NCBI GenBank assembly: GCA_963663035.1
Contig: OY760074.1
Coordinates: 2,528,001-2,592,000, forward strand
Length of the DNA: 64,000 nt
Reading direction: 5' to 3'
From: Acidobacteriota bacterium
Lineage (GTDB): Bacteria; Acidobacteriota; UBA6911; RPQK01; JADFOI01
Shown here: in pieces, positions 8,691 through 19,484 of the stretch
How positions within the stretch are numbered: the stretch's first letter is position 1
Layout of the letters: each line of letters starts with the position of its first letter
The notes under the pieces: generated by a model
What the model was told of the DNA's origin: nothing
Seen by the model: only the letters and a program-made list of their open reading frames with translations
Database searches by the model: none
Made by a program: the position numbers and the translations under genes

Positions 8691-11600
8691 ATGTCTTCTA
8701 ACCTGGTTCTGGGGCCATCCTTTCCCATCCTCTTAGATCGGTTGCTGAAGCAACTCCGCCAATGTTGCCGGAGCGATCCGCTGGCACCCAAGTGGGTCGT
8801 GCTTCCCACTCCCACGGCGGCCAATCACTTTCGCATAAAGCTGGGACAGGGAGCAGAGGAGGCAGTCTTCTCAGGCGTGCGGGTCATTCCACTGTTGACT
8901 TTCATCCGCCGGCTCGAGGGGATGAGCGAGCCTACCGCCGCCCACCGCTGGGGACCCGCTCTGGACCTCCTTCTTTTCGAACTAGTGGAACAGCTCCCTT
9001 CAAGCTCCCCTCTGGCACAGCTGCAGCGCATGCCCAGTGGTTACCGTTTGCTCCGTCCGACTTTCCTGGATCTGGCAGAGGGCGGCTTTGGCCCCGACCA
9101 GTTGGAGATTCTGGAGGAGCTAGCAGATGAACCCGAGTTAGCTCCTGTGGAACGCGAGACGATTCAGCTCTATGCAGGCTGGATCCGTCTCTTGAATGAG
9201 CGCCAGCTGGGCTGGGAACCGATTGGGCATCAGCGGATTCCCGAGTGGATCATGGAATCCGATGAGAAGACTCTCCTGGATGCTCTGGCCTGCGAGCAAG
9301 GACAGACTCCACAGTTGTTCGTGTACGGCTTCTATGGCTTTACCGATGTCAGCGCCCAGATCATTGCAGCCCTGGGACGACGGACTGACCTGACAATGTT
9401 TTATCCTTTCCAGGAAGAAGGGAAGGAAACACATCCCGCCTTCTCTTTCGGTCAAGCTGTTCTGGAGGATCTAAAAGTTCGCTTTGGCACAGCCCTGTCC
9501 ACGCTCACCGAGGAACGCAGCCCACACCAGACCACCGACTTTTTCCTCTCCACCTTCCCGGAGGGTGAAGTTCGCCTTCAGCCTCCTTTCCTGACCTTCC
9601 AGTACGCTGCTGGGATTCGGGCCGAAGTTCTCTCTGCAGCCCTTCGTGTGCGTCAGTGGATGGAAGACAGTGAGAAGCCGATTCGTCCAGAGGAGATCAT
9701 GGTCGTGGCACCCGACACCTCACCCTATCTGGATGTCATTCGAGAGGTTTTCGCTGCCTTTGCCATCCCCCTCCGCATGGTCGATACCCCGGTGGGACTG
9801 ACTCCAGAAAACCGTCCTTTACGAATGCTGGCCCGCATCTGGGAGGACCGGGCTCCCGCAGAATGGATTCTGGCCTATTTGCGGGATTACCCAGAGGTGA
9901 CGGCAGCCCGAGACGTGAACGTGGATGCATTTGAATGGAAAGTTCGCCAACTGGGTGTCTGGGGAGGCACAAGCTGGCACTCTATCCTTCGACTGGAGGC
10001 TGACACAGAGGTCAAAGAGAGAAATCATCTCCAGTTCACCAGACCGGAGGCAGCACTGGTGAGAAAGATTCTGGAGCTGTGGGAAAGCAGTTCAGGCGGC
10101 GGGGAGCGTACCTTTACACCCCAGCAGGCTGATCATTTCCTGCACAGGCTCAAAGCGTGGCTTCAAGAACCGGCCCTCTTGGACCCCTTGTTGAAAGCAC
10201 TTCAATTCATGGAACCCTTTCGACCAGACCTTGTCATCAAGGAATCCATGCTTCGAGATATGCTCCTTCAGGCTGTGGACGATCAGGTCCAGACCGACCC
10301 AGCGGATCGCGTTGGAGTGCTCTTCGTTCCGTCCATGCGAGCCCGCAGTCTAACCTCAAGAGCCATTGTTCTTCTGGGGCTGTCCTCGGGAACCTGGCCT
10401 TCCCGTATCGAGGAAGATCCCCTTCTTTCAGATGCCTCACGGAGACGTCTGATTGCCAAAGCACGGGAGGTGGGACACCTGCTGCCGGTCAAGTCTCATG
10501 CCACAGAGGAAATGTCGCTGCTCTTCTTTTTGCTGAACTCCTCAGCCCAACGAGTTCATTGGGTCATTCCAGAGAGTGATGAGACGGGACGAAGCGTGGC
10601 TCCTACCCCCTGGGTGCAGCGCTATATCCAGCGTTGGCCGCAGGACCAGGAGAACGAGAAACTGTGGAGCAGAATCCCCCGTGGACCCGCCCAGCAGGCA
10701 AAAAATCTACTGAATCTGGACCCAGACAGAGGGGCCTTCGTGCCTCCCGCTCTCCTGCTCTTGATTCAGCCCGATTCGACAAGCCTCTTCTCGGGTGAGA
10801 TCCCTTACACCTACCTTTTCGCCGCACAGGAGTCGAGGCAGCGGGACCTCGCCTGGAACGGACACATTCCGGCGGCCTCTCTGCCCCTCACGGGAGAGCA
10901 AGGGGAGCGGGTTCGGGTAACGGATCTGGAGAGCCTTGCGAGATGTCCTTACCGCTTCTATGCAAACTGCTCAGAGGAATGGAAACCACTCATCCCACTG
11001 GAATTTGTCCACCAACTCAATGCTCTGGACAGGGGAAGTCTGGTGCACAGCCTCCTGGAGCACCTGATCCAGCCCGCACTCAACCAAAAAATTCCCGTGA
11101 GGCAAATCGCCCAAGCGATGCTGAACAATGAGGCCAAGGAGTTGCATCACACTGCCAGGGAATTCTTCTCACCACTTCCGAAAGAATTAGAGGTGCTTCC
11201 TTCCGTGTTTCGCCAGGCGGAGCTGGTAAAACTGGTGAAGATGGTCAAGAACTACTTTCAAGAAGTCGTGAAGGAAACCTGCGGAGGAGAGATTCCGATT
11301 GAGCTGGAACTCAAGGGAAGAGTGCCTTTTCCGGGACTGGAGGAACTGCTTATCTCAGGGCAAATCGATCGCATTGACCAGCGAAACGGACACTTTTACA
11401 TCTACGACTACAAAAGCGGCGCAGCACGCAAAGGGAAACAGTTCCAGCGGGAAGTTTCTCTTGGCTATCGGATACAGCCCACACTCTACCCCTGGATTTT
11501 CGGCCACCAGAAGTCCAACCAGCCCGAGGCAGCCTTTTCCTTCATCTTCTTGGGTGAGTCTCCACCCCAGGAAGAACCGGTGAATGATCACCCGGAAGCG

Positions 11601-11843
11601 GAGGAGTTGCTGCGTCCTTTGGCGGAAATACTCAAGACCGGGATGTACCTTCCCACTCCAACCGAGACCCTGAAGTTGCTTGAAATAGAGGGAGCAAACC
11701 CCTGTCAGTTCTGTGAGTACAGCTCTCTCTGCCGCCGCTTTGATGGGTACGCCCGTGATCGCTATTTCAGGTTCTCCCAAGAGCAGCTTTCCTCTCGCCT
11801 GGAGGCCATGAAAGATTCCGGCCAGGGAGAGCAGCGACCATGA
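8691..11843 (+). CDS. addB: AddB-like subunit with C-terminal PD-(D/E)XK nuclease and Fe-S cysteines
   Basis: GQIDRID...YDYKSG nuclease; RCP plus CQFCEYSSLC Fe-S staple; coupled to UvrD-type gene. ORF extension to 8637 starts inside the repeat. Confidence 0.8.
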   Translation: MSSNLVLGPSFPILLDRLLKQLRQCCRSDPLAPKWVVLPTPTAANHFRIKLGQGAEEAVFSGVRVIPLLTFIRRLEGMSEPTAAHRWGPALDLLLFELVEQLPSSSPLAQLQRMPSGYRLLRPTFLDLAEGGFGPDQLEILEELADEPELAPVERETIQLYAGWIRLLNERQLGWEPIGHQRIPEWIMESDEKTLLDALACEQGQTPQLFVYGFYGFTDVSAQIIAALGRRTDLTMFYPFQEEGKETHPAFSFGQAVLEDLKVRFGTALSTLTEERSPHQTTDFFLSTFPEGEVRLQPPFLTFQYAAGIRAEVLSAALRVRQWMEDSEKPIRPEEIMVVAPDTSPYLDVIREVFAAFAIPLRMVDTPVGLTPENRPLRMLARIWEDRAPAEWILAYLRDYPEVTAARDVNVDAFEWKVRQLGVWGGTSWHSILRLEADTEVKERNHLQFTRPEAALVRKILELWESSSGGGERTFTPQQADHFLHRLKAWLQEPALLDPLLKALQFMEPFRPDLVIKESMLRDMLLQAVDDQVQTDPADRVGVLFVPSMRARSLTSRAIVLLGLSSGTWPSRIEEDPLLSDASRRRLIAKAREVGHLLPVKSHATEEMSLLFFLLNSSAQRVHWVIPESDETGRSVAPTPWVQRYIQRWPQDQENEKLWSRIPRGPAQQAKNLLNLDPDRGAFVPPALLLLIQPDSTSLFSGEIPYTYLFAAQESRQRDLAWNGHIPAASLPLTGEQGERVRVTDLESLARCPYRFYANCSEEWKPLIPLEFVHQLNALDRGSLVHSLLEHLIQPALNQKIPVRQIAQAMLNNEAKELHHTAREFFSPLPKELEVLPSVFRQAELVKLVKMVKNYFQEVVKETCGGEIPIELELKGRVPFPGLEELLISGQIDRIDQRNGHFYIYDYKSGAARKGKQFQREVSLGYRIQPTLYPWIFGHQKSNQPEAAFSFIFLGESPPQEEPVNDHPEAEELLRPLAEILKTGMYLPTPTETLKLLEIEGANPCQFCEYSSLCRRFDGYARDRYFRFSQEQLSSRLEAMKDSGQGEQRP

Positions 11844-14800
11844 GTACACAAGCACCAAGCGGCCTTTCAGACGCACCCGCTCGCAAGGAGGCCATCACCA
11901 CTCCCCACCATGCCTTTGTCTGGGCCAGTGCCGGTACCGGTAAAACACATACCCTGACTCTGCGGGCACTGTATCTGCTTTTGAATGCTCCCTTTCTTTC
12001 TTCAGAAGAGGGTGAGACTCGCGACTTCATGGCGGGAGGCCGTTCCCTCTACAGCGCTTCTTCGCGGCGGGAGCGCCTGAAGGCCGCCCGGGCCATTATT
12101 GCTTCCCTGGTCATGACCACCTTCACTCGCAAGGCCGCTGCCGAAATGCAAACCCGGCTCTACCGTTACCTGGAGAGCGTGAGCGCGGCAGAAAGCCTTT
12201 CCCAGCTGAAAGCCACCTTCGCCGCTTCACCGAATGACTTTGAAGATCCTCTCTTTTACGAGGTCATCCAGACCGTTTTGAACCATCTGGAGTCTGAGAG
12301 TTCGGGCCACGGGAAGGAAGCTTTCAAGCGTCTTCGGGCGGGAGCCCAGGCCCTGGCCGAACAGGCGGCCCAACTGCAGATCTCCACCATCCACAGCTTC
12401 GCTGCTTCCATCCTTCGCCGTCATCCGCTTCAGGCCGGGATCCCACCCACGGCTCGGTTCTCCAAGGAGAGCAAAGACGATCTGATCGGGATAGACGATC
12501 AGCTGGTGGAGCGCTGGTGGCAGCGGAGGGTCCTGGTCGATCCTCAACTTCAGGAACAGCTGGCCAAGCTTCTCCAGGTGCTGCCGGTATCACAAATACA
12601 GGACTGGTTGAAGCAAAGTTATCACTGCCCCTGGATCAGCGAAGAAACTGACGCTTTTCCCTTGCACGACCAAAAGGAGATGCAAGATCTGACCGATGCG
12701 GGTCACGCCCTGGTAGGAGCTCTGGCTGAGGGAGGAAGCGACAAGATCGAGAGAAAACGCGACGAGCTGGATCTCAGACTCCAATCTATCGCTGATGGTG
12801 AGCAGGGGGCCTGGGGGCAGCTGTGTGGCTTTATCCAGCAGGTCAAAGGGTACCTTTTCCTGGACAGAAAGATCCCCAAGAAAATCCGCGACGCCCTCAC
12901 CGGACTCCCACCCGAGCATTCTCGGTACTTTCAGTCGTGGACCAGTTTCTATGTCCCGGCGGCCCGCATCTGCTTGGCTCAGGATTTTGCCCAGACCTGG
13001 GAGGTCTGGACCCAATTCCTTGAGAGCTTCGTTGGCTGGGCCCAGAGGGCTGCGATTCGTGAGCTGGGCATCATTACCTTCGACGAGATGATTCGCCTGG
13101 CCATCAGACTCCTGGAAAATCATCCCTCCATCCGTCAGTCCGAGCAGGGAAAACTTCAGGCCCTCTTGGTGGATGAGTTCCAGGACACGGACCCCGACCA
13201 GCTTCGGCTCTTCAAAGCTCTATTGAAGCGCGAATCCCACAACGGGCATGAGGTTCTCGGTTTTTTCGTGGGGGACACCAAACAATCCATCTACCGCTTC
13301 AGAAGGGCTGATGTTCTTTCCATAGAGGATTTCCGTCGCAATTATAAGACCTACACCCGCTGCCAACTGAAGCGCAGCGAGTTTCATTTGAAAACGAGCT
13401 TCCGAAGCGTGAGAGCAGTCACCCAATTCGTGAATCACTTCTTCGAAAACGAGCTGCCTCTCACAGAGGAAGGTGACGAGCTGGTGCCCTTTCGATCAGA
13501 AGAGAGGGTCCCCCCCGAATGGATTTTGATCGACACAGACGAGGAGGGAAAGAGCTTCACGATAGACAAGGCAAGAGACTACGCCGCGGCTGAGACCCTG
13601 CGGCTCATCCAGGAGTATCTCAAGACTTCTGACTCGCCGGAGCCTACTTACAAGGATTTTCTGGTCCTGGTCAGAGGCTGGCAGGAGGTTGACGCTCTCC
13701 TGCCGGTTCTCCAGAAAGCCGGTATTCCCGTCATCAGCAGCGGGGCCAGGAGTTTCTTTTGCCAACCCGAGGTTCTGGATCTGCTGAATCTGCTCATCGC
13801 GCTTCTTCATCCTCAGGATAAACTGGCTGTGGCAGCCATATTGCGAAGTCCGCTTTTGTGTCTGCCCGATACACAGATCCACGATCTGTTGAAGGAGATC
13901 CCTCCGGAACAGCTGCTTCACTCTCAGAAGACCCTCCCCGAGTTTCTTCCCCTCCAGGTCCGAACCAGGATAGAGCATCTACGAAAGCTGGCCGCAGAAC
14001 GCCTGAAGAAGACGCTCTCCGAGTGGCTGGTGGACATCCGGGCCTTTATCCCAGCGGCCCTTTACAGCGAGCCTGGGGATCAGGAAGGCCGACCGTTTGT
14101 TCGACTCGAGCGTGTCCTGGAGGACTTCAAAGAAGAGATGGAAATGACCCTGATACCTCCTCTGGTCTGGCTGCTGAAGCAGCGAGCTCGGGCTGGGGAG
14201 ACAGATAGGTGGCATGGTCACCCGGGAGAAGACATCACGGTCGCTGATGAGAACGTCAATGCGGTTCGGGTGATGACGATTCACAAAGCCAAGGGCCTGG
14301 AAGGACGCTTTACCATTGTCTATGGATGGAGTTCGGTTCTCTCGAACCTGGCAAAGCGACCAGGAAGAGGAAGTCTTCCGCAGTTGATCAGCCTGACCAA
14401 CCAGAAGGGTCAGACACTGCAGGCTTTCTCCCTGAGATGGGGATCGCTGCAGCTTTTCTCTTCATCCTATATGGAAGCCCTAAAGGAGGAACAAGAAGGC
14501 ACCCATGCCGAGACCAGACGTCTGGCTTACGTGGCCGCCACCCGTGCCCGCGATCGACTGGTTCTCTTGTGCCCCAAATCGAAGGGCACTTCTTTCTCCA
14601 AGGAAATCCGCGACCTCATCGAATCTGCCAAGAAGAAACTGCCGGATGACTCGCAAGATGGAGAGGTCACTATTTGTAATGACCGGCTGCGTTTTGTTCG
14701 CCGTCCGGGCGTAGAAGTCGCTCCCTCAACAGAGCCGCTGCCGGCCCTGAAGTGGAGCCGGGACAACTACAAATCTCTGTGGGAAGATCGCTACTCTGAG

Positions 14801-15388
14801 TTCAGGGCGCCCCCGCCTCCACTGCTCTGCCACCCCTCTGACCCGGAACACCGGCAAGAAGAGGAGCACCGGGAAGATCATCACTACTTCCCGGAAGCGG
14901 ATCGGGAAACCAGGCTGCTGACGGGCAGTCTGGTACACACCTATCTTGAACGGTATCTTCTCCATGATGCTTTCGAACCGGAAAAACTCGCTGCACTTCT
15001 GAGCGGGCCGCCTGAGCTGACTTCGGATTCGAAGGCCCTTGAATCAGCCGAGGGAGTGCTGAGGAAATTTTACGCTGGAGACTTGTTGGACACCTCCGGC
15101 AAACCCTATCTGGAACGTGTGCGGACGGCCAGGATTCTGGGACGTGAAGTACCGGTCTATCTGCTTGACCAAGGTCAAGCCTGGCACGGAGTCATCGACC
15201 TGGTGTTGGAGGAGGAGGGGATAATCCGAGCCGTCGACTACAAGACCATCGCTGCCAAGGCGTCGCTTCCCAAGTCTTATGCTCAACAGGAGCGAATATA
15301 CAGCGAAGCCCTCAGGCGCCTCTTTCCCCACCAAAGCGTCGCCTTCGAATTCTGGTGGCTGGGGGAACCGCTGACCACTGACCACTGA
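11840..15388 (+). CDS. addA: AddA-like UvrD-family helicase-nuclease
   Basis: ASAGTGKT, TFTRKAAAEM, STIHSF, DEFQDT, GDTKQSIYRFR, TIHKAKGLE, YVAATRARD, GVIDLV...DYKT. Confidence 0.88.
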   Translation: MSTQAPSGLSDAPARKEAITTPHHAFVWASAGTGKTHTLTLRALYLLLNAPFLSSEEGETRDFMAGGRSLYSASSRRERLKAARAIIASLVMTTFTRKAAAEMQTRLYRYLESVSAAESLSQLKATFAASPNDFEDPLFYEVIQTVLNHLESESSGHGKEAFKRLRAGAQALAEQAAQLQISTIHSFAASILRRHPLQAGIPPTARFSKESKDDLIGIDDQLVERWWQRRVLVDPQLQEQLAKLLQVLPVSQIQDWLKQSYHCPWISEETDAFPLHDQKEMQDLTDAGHALVGALAEGGSDKIERKRDELDLRLQSIADGEQGAWGQLCGFIQQVKGYLFLDRKIPKKIRDALTGLPPEHSRYFQSWTSFYVPAARICLAQDFAQTWEVWTQFLESFVGWAQRAAIRELGIITFDEMIRLAIRLLENHPSIRQSEQGKLQALLVDEFQDTDPDQLRLFKALLKRESHNGHEVLGFFVGDTKQSIYRFRRADVLSIEDFRRNYKTYTRCQLKRSEFHLKTSFRSVRAVTQFVNHFFENELPLTEEGDELVPFRSEERVPPEWILIDTDEEGKSFTIDKARDYAAAETLRLIQEYLKTSDSPEPTYKDFLVLVRGWQEVDALLPVLQKAGIPVISSGARSFFCQPEVLDLLNLLIALLHPQDKLAVAAILRSPLLCLPDTQIHDLLKEIPPEQLLHSQKTLPEFLPLQVRTRIEHLRKLAAERLKKTLSEWLVDIRAFIPAALYSEPGDQEGRPFVRLERVLEDFKEEMEMTLIPPLVWLLKQRARAGETDRWHGHPGEDITVADENVNAVRVMTIHKAKGLEGRFTIVYGWSSVLSNLAKRPGRGSLPQLISLTNQKGQTLQAFSLRWGSLQLFSSSYMEALKEEQEGTHAETRRLAYVAATRARDRLVLLCPKSKGTSFSKEIRDLIESAKKKLPDDSQDGEVTICNDRLRFVRRPGVEVAPSTEPLPALKWSRDNYKSLWEDRYSEFRAPPPPLLCHPSDPEHRQEEEHREDHHYFPEADRETRLLTGSLVHTYLERYLLHDAFEPEKLAALLSGPPELTSDSKALESAEGVLRKFYAGDLLDTSGKPYLERVRTARILGREVPVYLLDQGQAWHGVIDLVLEEEGIIRAVDYKTIAAKASLPKSYAQQERIYSEALRRLFPHQSVAFEFWWLGEPLTTDH

Positions 15389-15401
15389 CAACTGACAACT
15401 G
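15371..15401 (+). repeat. Heptamer tandem array (CTGACCA/CTGACAA) overlapping the addA stop
   Basis: ctgaccactgaccactgacaactgacaactg. Confidence 0.8.
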
Positions 15402-15471
15402 AGTGATGGATTGATGTATCATTTATGGTGACATAAACACAAATTGTGATTGATGAAAAGGAGAGACGAAC

Positions 15472-15960
15472 ATGCCCAGCAAGAAAATGGAAAGTGCTCT
15501 GAATCAGCAGATTCAGAGTGAGTTTTACTCCGCATATTTATATCTGGCGATGTCGGCCTACTGCCAGGAAAGCAACCTGGATGGCTTGGCACACTGGATG
15601 CAGGTCCAGAGCCGGGAGGAGATCGGGCATGCGATGAGGATCTATAATTACTTACAAAGTCGCGGTGCCAGGGTGGTCCTTCAGGCCATCGATCGACCTC
15701 CTGAAAGCTTCAAGTCCCCCCGACGGATGTTTGAGCAAGCTCTCAAACACGAGCAGGAAATCAGCACGGCATTCCACAAACTTTACAAGTTAGCCCAAGA
15801 CGAGAGCGACTACGCCACCGAAGTGGAACTGCAGTGGTTTATTACTGAGCAGGTCGAGGAAGAGAAGACTGCGGGTGATATCTTGCAAAGACTGATCCTG
15901 GTCGGAGATCATCCGGGAAGCTTGCTGATGATCGATCACCAACTCGGCTCGCGGAAGTAA
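15472..15960 (+). CDS. ftnA: Non-heme ferritin
   Basis: LNQQIQSEFYSAYLYLAMS, EEIGHAM, WFITEQVEEE ferroxidase motifs. Confidence 0.95.
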   Translation: MPSKKMESALNQQIQSEFYSAYLYLAMSAYCQESNLDGLAHWMQVQSREEIGHAMRIYNYLQSRGARVVLQAIDRPPESFKSPRRMFEQALKHEQEISTAFHKLYKLAQDESDYATEVELQWFITEQVEEEKTAGDILQRLILVGDHPGSLLMIDHQLGSRK

Positions 15961-15977
15961 CGACACGTCTTCGCGGC

Positions 15978-16035
15978 CTGAGGCCGCTCCCACATTCTCC
16001 CAACCGCAGGGACGGGAAGGTGGGAGCCGCCTCAG
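15978..16035. terminator. Stem-loop between convergent ferritin and cusA genes
   Basis: ctgagg-c-cgctcccac...gtgggagc-c-gcctcag inverted repeat; no U-tract. Confidence 0.45.
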
Positions 16036-19000
16036 TGCGGCGAATGGGGCTGGTCCGTGGTCAGCGGTTCTTCCAAGGTCAACTCCACCTCCTGGTCCAT
16101 GGGCAAATCGAATCGGGAGGCCGCTCGACCGAATTTGAAAAAGATGGTGGGTAAGACCACCATGTTCAAAACAGTGGAACTGAGCAGTCCACCCAGAATC
16201 ACCACCGCAACCGGATAGAGAATTTCCTTACCCGGTTCCCCCCGAGCCAAGGCCAGAGGCACCAGGCCGAGAGCTGTAGTCAGTGCAGTCATCATCACCG
16301 GAACCAAGCGCTCAAGAGTGCCCCGCACAATCATTTTCTTGTCGAAGTTCTCTCCTTCATAGCGCATGAGATGCAGATAATGGGAAATCATCATGATCCC
16401 GTTTCGGGCGACGATTCCTAGGAGAGTGATGCCTCCTACAAGTGAGGCAACCGATAGAATACCGTCAGTCCAAAGAATGGCCGTTACGGCTCCGATGACA
16501 CTCAAGGGCAAGGTGAGCATGATTTGCAGGGCAAGGCTGGCTCGCTGGAAATGGGAGTAGAGGAGAACGAATATGGCAGTGATAGAAATAATGGACAACA
16601 ACAGGATCAAGCGCGTGGCCTCAACCTGGCTTTCGAACTGACCTCCATAGCTGACGAAGTAACCGTCCGGGAAGTCAACCTGAGTGCCCACTTTCTCTCG
16701 AATCTCCTCGACTACGCCCCCCAGATCCCGTCCTGCCACATTACACTGGACCACGATGCGCCGCAGCCCATTTTCTCTCAGAACCTGATTGGGTCCCGTC
16801 CCCTCTCGGTCGATCTCGGCCAGCTGGGCCAGCGGAATACTCCCACCCGTGGGAAGGTCCACCAAAAGATCATCCAGAAAGTCCAGGTTGTCCCGCCAGA
16901 ACGGGTCCAGGCGGAGAAAGACATCAAAGCTGCTCTGCTCTTCCAGAACTTGTGTGATGACCCGTCCGTTGAGGGCTGTCTCCAATGCCTCGGTAATTTC
17001 CCCCACCCCCAGGCCGTAGCGTGCGGCTTGGGTACGGTTCACCTCGATGCGCACCTGCGGAATGAAGACTTGCGGCTCGATGTAGAGATCTGCGACCCCT
17101 CCTACACCATTCATGATCTGCTCGACCTCTTCCGCCAGAGAGCGTAGAACGGTCAGATCCTCACCAAAAATCTTGACCGCGATCTGGGCGAAGGTCCCGG
17201 AGAGCAGATGATCGATCCGATGAGAAATGGGTTGACCCACGTTGACCACCACATTCGGGAGCTGGTCCAGCTTCTCACGGATCTCCGCCTCAATTTCTTC
17301 CTTGGGGCGACCCTCCTTCAGGGTAACGTCAATTTCGCTGTAGTGGACTCCTTCGGCATGCTCATCCAGCTCTGCCCGGCCCGTGCGCCGGCCTGTCGAG
17401 ACGACTTCCTCGACTTCCAGGAGAAGCCGTTCCGCCTGGGAGCCGATGACGTCTGATCGTGGAAGCGAGGTGCCCGGTTCGGCTATGACATTAATGGTAT
17501 AGCTTCCCTCGTTAAAGTCGGGAAGAAACTCCCGGCCCATTCCTGGAACGAAGGAAAGGGCAAAAAGAAACAGGAACAAGGCTCCAGCCATAACCTTCCA
17601 GGGATGCTCCAGAGTAAGGTCCAAAACTTTGGCCTGTCCACTCTTGAGCTGGCGCACCAACCAACCATCTTGCCTTCGCTCCAGGATCTTGGAGCGGCCC
17701 AGGAGGTAATAACAGAGCACTGGTGTGAGGGTTAATGAGACCAGAAGGGAGGCCAGGATGGAGACCACGTAGGCAATTCCAAGAGGTGTGAATAGCCGGC
17801 CCTCCACTCCGCTCAGGAAGAAAAGGGGCAAGAAGACCAGGATCACGATGAGAGTGGCAAAGACTATGGAATTTCGAATCTCGCTCGAGGCCCGAAAAAC
17901 GATGGTCAAGGCCGCTTCGGGTTGAGACTTCTGGCGATTCTCGCGCAGTCTCCGGAAAACGTTTTCCACATCCACGATGGCATCGTCCACCAACTCACCA
18001 ATGGCAATGGCCAACCCCCCCAGCATCATGGTGTTGATGGTGATTCCGAAGAACTTCATCGCCACCGCTGTGATCAAAAAGGAGAGGGGGATGGCGGTCA
18101 GGGTAATGGTGGTGGTTCGGAAGTTCAGTAAGAAGAGAAACAATACGATGACCACCAGGATAGAAGCATCTCTGAGCGCCTCGATCACATTCCCGATAGC
18201 GTTCGAAATAAAATCGGCCTGGCGAAAGACAGCCGGATCCACCACCACGCCTTCCGGTAAGCTGGCGCGAATTTCATCCAAGACGGCCTCCACCCGCTCG
18301 GTCAGCTCCAAGGTGTTGGCATCAGGCTGCTTGGTGATCTGCATGATGACCGAAGGCTGCCCGTTGTAAGAGGACTCTCCGCGCTTGATCTGAGGTCCAA
18401 ACTCAACTCGGGCGATATCTCGAACATAGACGGGAACGGATCCCCTGACAGCTACCACCGTGTTTCTCAAATCGTCCAGCGTTTCGATCCGTGCCATGTT
18501 TCGGATCAGGAGCTCCTTGCCCTCTCGATTCAGGAAACCTCCTGAAGTGGCGGAATTCGAAAACCCAATGGCTGTCTCCACCTCAGCCAGACTGATGGAA
18601 AAATCCCTCATCCGCTGGGGGTTCACCAAGACCTGATACTGTCTGACTCCTCCTCCCATGTTGACGACCTGGGCCACACCCGGAATGGCTAAGACCCGGG
18701 GACGGATGGTCCAATCGGCGAGAGTCCTCAGTTCCATATCGGAAACGTTTCCCCCTTCAGCCCGCACACTGATGAGATGAATGCCTCCCATGATCGAGCT
18801 GATGGGTCCCATCACCGGAATCGCTCCCGGTGGAAGCTGAGTGGATGCCAGCTGCAGCCTTTCGTTGACAATCTGTCGAGCGATGTAGATATTCGTCTCC
18901 CAACCGAATTCCACCCAGACGACGGATAGTCCCGGCGCTGATTGGGAGCGGACTCGCTCCACATCGGTGGCACCATTGAGGAGGGTTTCCAAGGGAAAGG

Positions 19001-19196
19001 TGACTAAGCGCTCCACCTCTTCAGGCGCCAGCCCATGGGACTCGGTCATGATCGTCACCATGGGGCGGTTAATATCCGGAAGCACATCGATGGGCAGTTG
19101 AACCATGACGTAGCCTCCGTAGACAACCAGGAAAGCAGATGCAGCAACGATTAGAAGCCGATTTTGAAGGGAGAAACGGATGATGGCATTTAGCAT
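16032..19196 (-). CDS. Heavy-metal efflux RND permease (CusA/CzcA family)
   Basis: MLNAIIRFSLQNR, GGLAIAIGELVDDAIVDVEN, ERLVPVMMTAL; 1054 aa with RND topology. Confidence 0.95.
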   Translation of the reverse strand: MLNAIIRFSLQNRLLIVAASAFLVVYGGYVMVQLPIDVLPDINRPMVTIMTESHGLAPEEVERLVTFPLETLLNGATDVERVRSQSAPGLSVVWVEFGWETNIYIARQIVNERLQLASTQLPPGAIPVMGPISSIMGGIHLISVRAEGGNVSDMELRTLADWTIRPRVLAIPGVAQVVNMGGGVRQYQVLVNPQRMRDFSISLAEVETAIGFSNSATSGGFLNREGKELLIRNMARIETLDDLRNTVVAVRGSVPVYVRDIARVEFGPQIKRGESSYNGQPSVIMQITKQPDANTLELTERVEAVLDEIRASLPEGVVVDPAVFRQADFISNAIGNVIEALRDASILVVIVLFLFLLNFRTTTITLTAIPLSFLITAVAMKFFGITINTMMLGGLAIAIGELVDDAIVDVENVFRRLRENRQKSQPEAALTIVFRASSEIRNSIVFATLIVILVFLPLFFLSGVEGRLFTPLGIAYVVSILASLLVSLTLTPVLCYYLLGRSKILERRQDGWLVRQLKSGQAKVLDLTLEHPWKVMAGALFLFLFALSFVPGMGREFLPDFNEGSYTINVIAEPGTSLPRSDVIGSQAERLLLEVEEVVSTGRRTGRAELDEHAEGVHYSEIDVTLKEGRPKEEIEAEIREKLDQLPNVVVNVGQPISHRIDHLLSGTFAQIAVKIFGEDLTVLRSLAEEVEQIMNGVGGVADLYIEPQVFIPQVRIEVNRTQAARYGLGVGEITEALETALNGRVITQVLEEQSSFDVFLRLDPFWRDNLDFLDDLLVDLPTGGSIPLAQLAEIDREGTGPNQVLRENGLRRIVVQCNVAGRDLGGVVEEIREKVGTQVDFPDGYFVSYGGQFESQVEATRLILLLSIISITAIFVLLYSHFQRASLALQIMLTLPLSVIGAVTAILWTDGILSVASLVGGITLLGIVARNGIMMISHYLHLMRYEGENFDKKMIVRGTLERLVPVMMTALTTALGLVPLALARGEPGKEILYPVAVVILGGLLSSTVLNMVVLPTIFFKFGRAASRFDLPMDQEVELTLEEPLTTDQPHSPH

Positions 19197-19263
19197 GTCA
19201 TTGCCGACCTAAAAGAGGCCACGGCCCGGGGCACTGAGCAAGCCTCCGCTGAGTTGCTCCTGC

Positions 19264-19414
19264 TAGCCGGGAGTATGTATTAGTTTTCTACTGCAGTGCC
19301 GCAATCATCCACGCTGACTGCGTTGTGCGACCCGCAAGCGGGTACCCCTCACACGCCTGGTCATCGCGGCGCCTGCGGCACTTCGTCACGAAAACCTATA
19401 CATACTCCCGGCTA
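19264..19414. mobile_element. Hairpin/MITE-like repeat copy
   Basis: Perfect 17 bp TIR tagccgggagtatgtat / atacatactcccggcta; near-identical to 54145-54295 and inverted relative to 29410-29560. Confidence 0.9.
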
Positions 19415-19484
19415 AAACCCGGTTTTCGAGTTGAGATGAGTGGTTTTATCCCGAACTGGACCGGCAGGTCAACCTTTAGAGTAC

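Noticed and set aside
8691-15388. Novel defence helicase-nuclease or Cas4-like system
   Set aside because: Sizes, order and motifs fit ordinary AddAB recombination repair
19197-19262. NiCo (czcD) riboswitch upstream of cusA
   Set aside because: The ctgagca-like motif is on the wrong strand and the four-way junction could not be built; an Rfam search would settle it
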